In this document: one piece after another, positions 56,171 through 64,000 of the stretch
Layout of the letters: every line of letters starts with the position of its first letter
How positions within the stretch are numbered: position 1 is the first letter of the stretch
From: the human T2T-CHM13v2.0 reference genome, Homo sapiens
DNA length: 64,000 nt
Direction: 5' to 3' (one strand)
NCBI RefSeq assembly: GCF_009914755.1
Contig: NC_060937.1
Made by a program: the position numbers and the translations under genes
The notes under the pieces: model-generated
What the model was told of the DNA's origin: nothing
What the model saw: only the letters and a program-made list of their open reading frames with translations
Database searches by the model: none

Positions 56171-58489
56171 CAGTAGTTCCATTTCTGATTATATATCCAA
56201 TAAATTAAAAATAGGGTCTCAAAGAGATATTTGCACATCAATGTTTATTGCAGCATTATTCACAATAGTCAAGAGGTGGATCCAAAATAAATGTCCATCT
56301 ATGAATGAATGCATAAAGCAAATGTGGTGCATACATACAATGGAATATAATTAGCCTCACAAAAGAAAGATATCTTGGCATATGCTACAACATGGAAGAA
56401 CCTTGAGATCACAAAAAAACTAATAATGAATGATTCCATTTATATGATGCATGTAAGGTAATCAAACCAGAAAAACAGAAAATAGAATAGAGGTTGCTAG
56501 GAGATGGGGTTGGAGGAAACAGGGATTTGTTCAATGGGTACATATTTTCGGTACTGCAAGATAAAAAAGTTCTTGAGATCTGCTATACAACAATTTACAT
56601 ATAATTAACAATGATGTAATATACACTTTAAATTGTTAACAGGTTAAATTTATGTTATTTATATAATTTTAACATAAACAATTTAGAAAAATAACAGATA
56701 GGAAATGGAGAACACAATAATCAGTAAACCTGAAAATAGATTAACAGGAATTACTCATCCAAACAACACAGAGAAAAGAGATCAAAAGAAAAGAAATGAA
56801 TATGGTCAAATGGAGTTGTAGAACAATAACATATGGTCTAACATTTGTGTCTTGGGGTCCCAGATGAGGTAGAAAAACGTGTATTGTTGAAATATGTTTC
56901 AACTAGTAATATTCAAAAACCCCTCAAGTTTGGCAAAAGACATAAAATTACAGATTCAGGAATCGTGGTAAATTTCAAAAAAAGTACAACCCCCCCAAAA
57001 AATACCCAGACACATTATAATCAAATAAACACAAAGCAAAAATCCTGAGGAAGAAAAACAATGGAGGAAAAATAATCCTTTGCTTATAGGAGAGCAATAA
57101 TTTGGGTTACTGAAATTCTCGTCAGAAATCATGGAGAATAAAAGGAAGTGCCACAATATTTTTAAAGTTGCTAAAATGAACTCTGGTATTTATATATACA
57201 GAAAACATCCTTAAGGAACTAAGATGAAACAAAGACATTCTCAGACGAAAAAAAAAAAAAACCTCTTTGAAGTAAACGAACTTGTGCTAAAAGAATTGCT
57301 AGAGAAAGTTTTTTAGCCAGAAGGAAAATGATACCAGAATCTTAGAATTTAATAAGTGAATAAATACCAAGAGAAATGTTTTGATCTTTCATATTATTTC
57401 CCCCCAAAAAAGCTTTCTCCTAAATTCCTATGTTACCACTATTCAAAATTATAGGACATAAAATTCATATTCATGTTCCTGTGGTTGTACAAGCTGGCAA
57501 GAGAAACAAAAGTAAGAGTAAGTCGAATGGTGGATAGAAATTTCAAGAGCTAAGAGAAACAATCGTAACTATAAAAAGAGGTAAAGGAATGTAGAAGGCA
57601 ACACAGAAATGATGCTTGATTGTGCAAATGTGGTGGTCCTGCCCACCCTTGTGGTGGCTACTGGGTATCTCACTCTGTCCGTCACCCCTTCTAAATGGTA
57701 TGACATGAAACTGAGAGCCAGTGAAGACACCATGGCCACCCTCTCTCCTGACTTTGCCATGGACTCCCTGGGCCTTTGGTCTGTTTTTCCTGAGACTTGA
57801 TTACTTTCAGTCACAAAGATGGTGGCATAATGAACGAATTTGCCAAGTTCTGGGAGAAGCTCACCAGTTTAGGTTGTTGGTTCATCATTATCAAATTCCC
57901 CATGAGAACATGCTAACCTTGTTTAAGAATTATTTCAGCATTAAGTTCCACAAGGCATAATTTTCCACAGGCAGTCTACCTAGAAATGGATGTGAATCAG
58001 TGCCATGGAGCAACTTCCACCAACTAAATACTAGCACCCATATATCTGTGATTATTTTTCCAAAAGAAAATGAGAGTCAAACAGTATCAAAGAGCAGATG
58101 CTATGGAATTACAATAGAAAATTAACTAGCAATTAGAAAATACCAATGAAAGCAGTGAGAAAACTAATTTTCAGTGAGAAAAGAATATATAAACATAATA
58201 TATTTTCCCCAAAAAAGCTGGCTGTGAGATTCTAAATCAAAGTAATGGGAGGATATTTGTCAACAGTTACAAAGAGGAATGATCTTGAAATCTGTGATGA
58301 ACAGCTGCTTATTATTATGACATTAAAACAACCAGAAAACTTTAGTTCCTGAGAAGTCACAGTAATAGTCAAGGTCACAAATTTGTAAACACTTCTATTA
58401 ACACAGATCTCGTTTTTGTTTTTGTTTTTGTTTTCTCATTTGGTGTTTAGTTTGTTTAACTTTGTATCTGACGGTACTGGTGGTTCATA

Positions 58490-59975
58490 TGCAGATATAT
58501 CACTCCACCTTTTACCTAGTTTATTACAATGGAAACGTCTTGCGGAATTATAGTGCAATATCACAACCAGGATACCAACATTAATACAGTCAAGTTATAG
58601 GACATTTACATCACTACAAAGATCCCGCTTGTTGCCCTTTTGTAGACACAAACAATCTCCATATGCTCCCATTTTCAAGCCCCTGGAAACCATTAATCTG
58701 TTTTTCATTTGCGTAAGTTTTTCATTCTAAAGATCTAATATAAGCAATATGTAATATTTTTTAGAATTAGGTTTCTTATCTCTGAATAATCCCCTGAAAA
58801 TTCTTCCAAGTTGATGTGTATGTCAATACTTCATTACTCTTTACTGCTGAGTATTATTCCATATTAAGGATGTATCATAGCTTGTTTCACCAATCCATCC
58901 ATTGAATAAAAGATGGTTGTTTCTAGTTTAGGTGTATTATAAATAAAACTGATAGGTACATTCATGTACAGCTTTTTGGTTTGTATTGCTTTTGTTTTTG
59001 CATAAACATAATTTTTATTTTTGTGGAATAAATACTTAGGAGTACAATAGTTTGGTCATGTGAAACGTGCATGCTTAGTTTTGTAAGAAACTGCCAAATT
59101 GTTTTCTAGAGTGGCTGTGTCATTTTACATTCCCGCCAGCTATTTATGAGTGATTCAGCTTCTCCACATCCTCATAAACATTTGGCATTTTTTTTAAATT
59201 TTAAGCCATTCAGATAAGTGATTAGTGATATCTCTTTGTGGTTTTAATTTGCATCTGCCTAATGATTAATGATAGACATTTGATGCATTACTTGACAGCC
59301 ATATATCCTTCTGATTGAAGAGACTGAAGGTTAATATGTCTCTTCAAGTCCTTTGCCCATTTTAAATGGACTTACTAGCCTTTTTTATTATTTAGTTGTA
59401 AGTATTCTCTATATCTTCTGGATACAATTTTTTATCAAATCTATAATTTGCGAATATTTTCTCCCATTCTGTGAATTGTCTTTTCACTTTCATGATGGTG
59501 TTCTTTGAAGTACAACGGTTTTAAATTTTTGAAACCACTCTAATTTATCTATTGTTTTTCTTCCACATTTGTTCTTTTGGTGTTATATCTAAGAAAACAT
59601 TACCTAACCTAAGTTCATGAAGATTTACTCTTGTATTTTATTTTAAGAGTTGCATAGTTGAGCTCTAACATTTATAATTTCTTTTGAGTTAATTTTATAT
59701 ATAATTAGAAGTAGGGGTTCATCTTCATTCATTCTTTTACATGTGTATGTGCAGTTGTTCTAGCACCATTTGCTGAAAAGACTATTCTTTCCCCATTCAA
59801 TTGTTTTGGTGCCTTTGTAAAAAACAAGACCATAAATGCAAAGGTTCTATTTTGTTGATTTATCAGTTTATCTTTATGCCAGTACCACACTTTTTTTGTT
59901 ACTGTGGCATCGTAGTAAGTTTTCAAATAGGGAATTATGTGTCCTATAACTGTTCTTTTTCAAGATTTTGTTGGC
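58490..59975 (-). mobile_element. L1M (MC/MD/MB-like) 3' region, antisense
   Basis: gtaagaaactgccaaattgttttctagagtggctg; ORF 59729-59926 KTYYDATVTKKVWYWHKD is an ORF2 remnant. Confidence 0.85.
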
Positions 59976-60258
59976 AATGCATATTGTTTTAAAATATTCT
60001 AAAATAAATTAAAAAGTAAAGTAATCAAAACCAAAATTTAAAATAAAATGAAAACAGTTTTTAAAGCATAAGTCAGCTTGGCCACATATATAAGTAACTA
60101 ACATGTATTCTTACAGTATATTCTTCATCTTGAATTCTAAGAATAATATTCTGTGAAAAAATAAGAAAATTTCTTCATTTTTCTCTTTTAGTAATCAATA
60201 TTGCTATGTTAACTTTTATAAATGTTTAGGGTAGGAAATAGAAAGTATATAAATGAAA

Positions 60259-60495
60259 TTAGGAATAAAAATATTCAGAATAAAACTATAACATAAAGGT
60301 TTACATTTGAAAAAAAATCTGTATTGGACTTGGAAAATTAAATTTTTATAATCAACTTAAAAATATATTTTCTAATCTTAGGAATAAAAATATTCAGAGT
60401 AAAACTATAACATAAGGGTTTACATTTGAAAAAATCTGTATTGGACTTGGAAAATTAAATTTTTATAATCAACTTTAAAAATATATTTTCTAATC
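60259..60495 (+). repeat. ~119-bp tandem duplication
   Basis: Units 60259-60377 and 60378-60495, near identical. Confidence 0.95.
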
Positions 60496-60959
60496 TTTAC
60501 CACAGAGAGAACCTAGAAAATATGACACTCGGAAGCAATAAACTACATTCCACCCAGGTATTAATGTGAATAAAGAAACAGACTTTGGAGATTTGGTAAA
60601 TACTCTATGATTGCACGGGATTTTATTGTGCCAAAGAGCAAGGACATCTACAATAAACAATAGGGTTTTCCATCGTACACCAGATACAGCTTTAAGCATG
60701 CCACAATACTTCATTTTAGAAAATATAAACATAAAACTAAATATTCATTGTCCATTGGATTAAGAGAGAAAAAATATTTCCATTATTGGAAACACCATGA
60801 CAAAAACTACTTTCTATGAAAAAAACAAGCAGTAGATGAAATAAAGATTTAATACAACTTTCTAAAAAAACCTGTTGTTCACATTTAGTGAATTCTTAAT
60901 ACAAATTTGTCAAGTAATTCACTTTTTAAAATATGGAGAGTACTAAGAAAATCATCATC

Positions 60960-61575
60960 TTGCTACTAGTGTTGAAATGATAGATTCAGGCAGAATCATC
61001 AATATAGGCTACAATCCTTGGTTGAAAGAGAATGCTTTACTATTATAAATATTACTAATTGAAAAAGGGAATTATTTTTATGAGCAAGAGAGCTGACCAT
61101 CATTACTTTAACAAAGTAATTAAAATTAGTATCACTGAAATTTAGACTTCCTAATAGTGTGTGCTGCCTAATGAGATGCAATATTGAGTACCCAGAATCA
61201 CTGTAAAGAATTCTTGCCCAAATTTTTAAACCTGAGTTGAATTAAAGTTAAGAAGTTATCATCCACTTTGGATACAGAATTAAATAATATCACAGGGAAA
61301 TAGGAAAATCCATAATATTTGATGCCTAAAAGGAAACTTGCCTGTTTGCTTTAAAAATATAAAGTCACTGAAAAGAAAAACAAATGTGTTAATATTATAT
61401 TTTAAAAGAAATAAAGAGACATAACAACAATAGCCAATGAACTATTCTGGATTCTAAATCCTAGTTTGAAAAAAAAAACTGCCATGTGTAAAAGCCAAAT
61501 GCATGCATTTGATTATAATAAATGATATTAGAAAATTGTTCTTTTCCTTTGGTATGAAAATGATAAAGTGGTTAT
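60960..61575 (+). mobile_element. L1ME/MC-like 3' UTR remnant
   Basis: ctaatgagatgcaat...gaattcttgcccaaatttttaaacctgag...aagagacataacaac. Confidence 0.5.
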
Positions 61576-61578
61576 TGA

Positions 61579-61910
61579 TGTAAGGCAGCATTCCACAAAC
61601 TGTGGCCTGGAGCAAGGGAAAGCATGCTCACTACCAGTTACAAAATTTCAGGTCTCTTAAAGTAATTTCTCCTGTGATGCAACCCACTCATGTGCACGTG
61701 TCATCTGGGCACCTCTCTGTTGCTCCCATGAGATCTGTGGACAAGGGGAAGTAACTTGTATGTGCTGATGTCCATGCTGCTTTCTGTGCCGTGAGCAATA
61801 CTTCTGTAACTCAGAAGTATTGTGTCTTCTGTTAGGTTCCACAAAGCTGCAGCAAGCTAAGAGGTTAACTTGTAGTCTGGTAAAATCTCAGAACCTTCAC
61901 AAACTTGACA
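61579..61910 (+). mobile_element. ERVL-class solo LTR (LTR40-like)
   Basis: TG...CA ends; 3' end ggtaaaatctcagaaccttcacaaacttgaca. Confidence 0.65.
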
Positions 61911-62749
61911 ATCTAATGATCATATGTTATTTAAAAATTACTGTATGTTTGCAGTTTCTAATAGAAAGCTTCAAAACATTTCTATAATTTTTTCTCTTGC
62001 TACTCCGAAAAATAAAAAGTTGGGGAAATCACATGACTAATTTTGCATTCCATTCAATCACATTTGATTATGCTGATTATATGGAAAATAAAAAGACTCT
62101 CACAGGCAATAATAAGAATGCAACTAGGAAAGAAGGAGCGAGGGCAGTAACTGTAATCTATAGACATATAGAGGGGAAAAGGCAGAATAAATGACCAGCA
62201 ACGATTTTTGAGTTTAAGTACATAAAATATTTATTTTTGTTGCCTTTTAATATTTTTCTGTAAAATTAAGGTGTTTGTATGTTTATTTCAAATAGAGAAA
62301 GAGAAGAAATAGATTAATAATGTTTATTTTCCTGACCATTCACTCTTACTAGAATTTTAAAGACAATGGTACTCAGTAACAATGAAAGTTACCAATTTTT
62401 ATTGTTTCTGACTTTAATTTGAATAAATGTAATATGTCAGCTTTTTAGGATAGATGTTAGCTATGAAACTCAGAGACAGTATTTTTTACATGTAAAGAAG
62501 TTTCAATTCTTCCTTCTCTTATTAGTTTCATTAATGAATGAATCACAGATTTTACTTAAATGATTGTTAGTTTTTAAAATGCAAGGTTTTTCCTTGTGCT
62601 TCTCCAATAAAAAAAATTATGTAAGATATTTAATATTGGATTATTTTTAGTGAAAAAAATACAATTTTATTATTGTGGTATAGTAATCTTTAAATATATT
62701 GCTAAATTTGTCTCCTAATGTCTAACTTAGAATTTTTGCATCTTATTAA

Positions 62750-63040
<291 letters not shown>

Positions 63041-63113
63041 TCTCAACTTTATAATGTTTTTACTAGTTTTAATTTCAAGATTGAATTAGGTTTTAAAAAT
63101 ACGTTGGTGACAG

Positions 63114-64000
63114 GAGGGGCTTTGAGATGGCAGATAAGACATTTTGTACTCACTCCCTCCACTAAGAAGAAACAAAATAGTGAGTAGATAATCACACTTC
63201 AAATAGATCATCCAAGAAAGAACACTGGAATTCAAGAGAAAAGTATCAGGAAATACTTAAAGCAAGGATGGAGAATGAAGCAGGGCAGCCTGCTTGGCCA
63301 GGGTTGGCTCGAAGCCGAGATAGACTCCTTAATATGGTAAAAGTATAAGTGACATTATACTTAGTGTTCCACATTCTTTCCACGGACTCCTGTAATCCTA
63401 GCCATGGAAGAACCCCTTGACCCTCCTGGGCTCTGAAACTAACATAGGAAACTGCCAGGAGATGGTTTGATGGCACTACTCCAGGAAGGAAGGTCTCTGT
63501 GGGTCCCACAGGCTCCCTGGACTTAGGCAGGTACAGCAAATTTCCACTTTAGAGCCCTTATAACCAGAAGATTGCTCACTGTTCTGGAGCTCAGGGGTGC
63601 TGTGGCTGAGGTGCAAGAGAAATGTGGACTGTTGCCACTTGGGCTGAGGTGAGAGTGGCTACAGGCTACCACAATGAGGGCTGAGGCATGACCAAAGCAC
63701 AGGCTCCTGTACCAGGGGCTGAGGCATGACCAAGGCATGGTCTATCACCATGTGGGGTGGGGCAAGAGCACCAGGTGGGGCAAGAGCACCACTGGGAAGA
63801 ATGTGCGAGTGGTGCATGCATTCCCCAACTGTCAGCCTAGACTGCCACCACAAAAGGTGGCACCACCCTCACCAGTGGCAAGGTAGTGGCATGACTGCTG
63901 CCACTTCACATCTGAGCATTCTACAGTAGCCTGAGGTCTTTGCCTACCATGGCTGATGATGGTAGAGACTATTTAGGGGCCTGGGGACAAGCCTGCCCAG
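63114..64000 (+). mobile_element. L1 5' UTR (L1MA/L1PB-like), runs off the window
   Basis: gagatggcag...cctccactaagaagaaacaaaatagtgagtagataatcacac...aagaacactggaattcaa; GC-richer with short internal repeats. Confidence 0.75.

Noticed and set aside
57569-57960. GC-richer patch with three short ORFs
   Set aside because: No recognisable protein; possibly an old LTR remnant that I cannot assign

Overview
This is AT-rich primate (very probably human) genomic DNA, judged from its AluY/AluS, L1PA, THE1 and MST content. It is intergenic or deep-intronic and dominated by transposable elements. I can support no intact protein-coding gene, RNA gene or CRISPR array; the listed ORFs are transposon remnants (Tigger1 transposase, L1 ORF2, Alu, MaLR) or chance ORFs. 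I found no new enzymatic or defence system; the unusual content is structural. (1) A TSD-bounded L1 3' transduction (52903-55186) carries ~1.6 kb of non-L1 DNA and appears to end at an LTR poly(A) signal. (2) Two L1PA 3' ends of different subfamilies are fused inside one perfect 14-bp TSD (14059-16502). (3) A decayed ERVL pol, invisible in the ORF track, is split by an L1MC1 that itself holds an L1PA. (4) A THE1 provirus is nested in an older two-LTR MLT1 provirus. (5) A MER53 palindrome is split by ~4.3 kb of nested insertions. (6) Two AluYs share private substitutions. (7) There are several micro-duplications and hairpins, a candidate RFX/homeobox enhancer and a candidate lncRNA exon. Subfamily names come from my recall of consensus sequences, not from a database search, and boundaries of old repeats are approximate.
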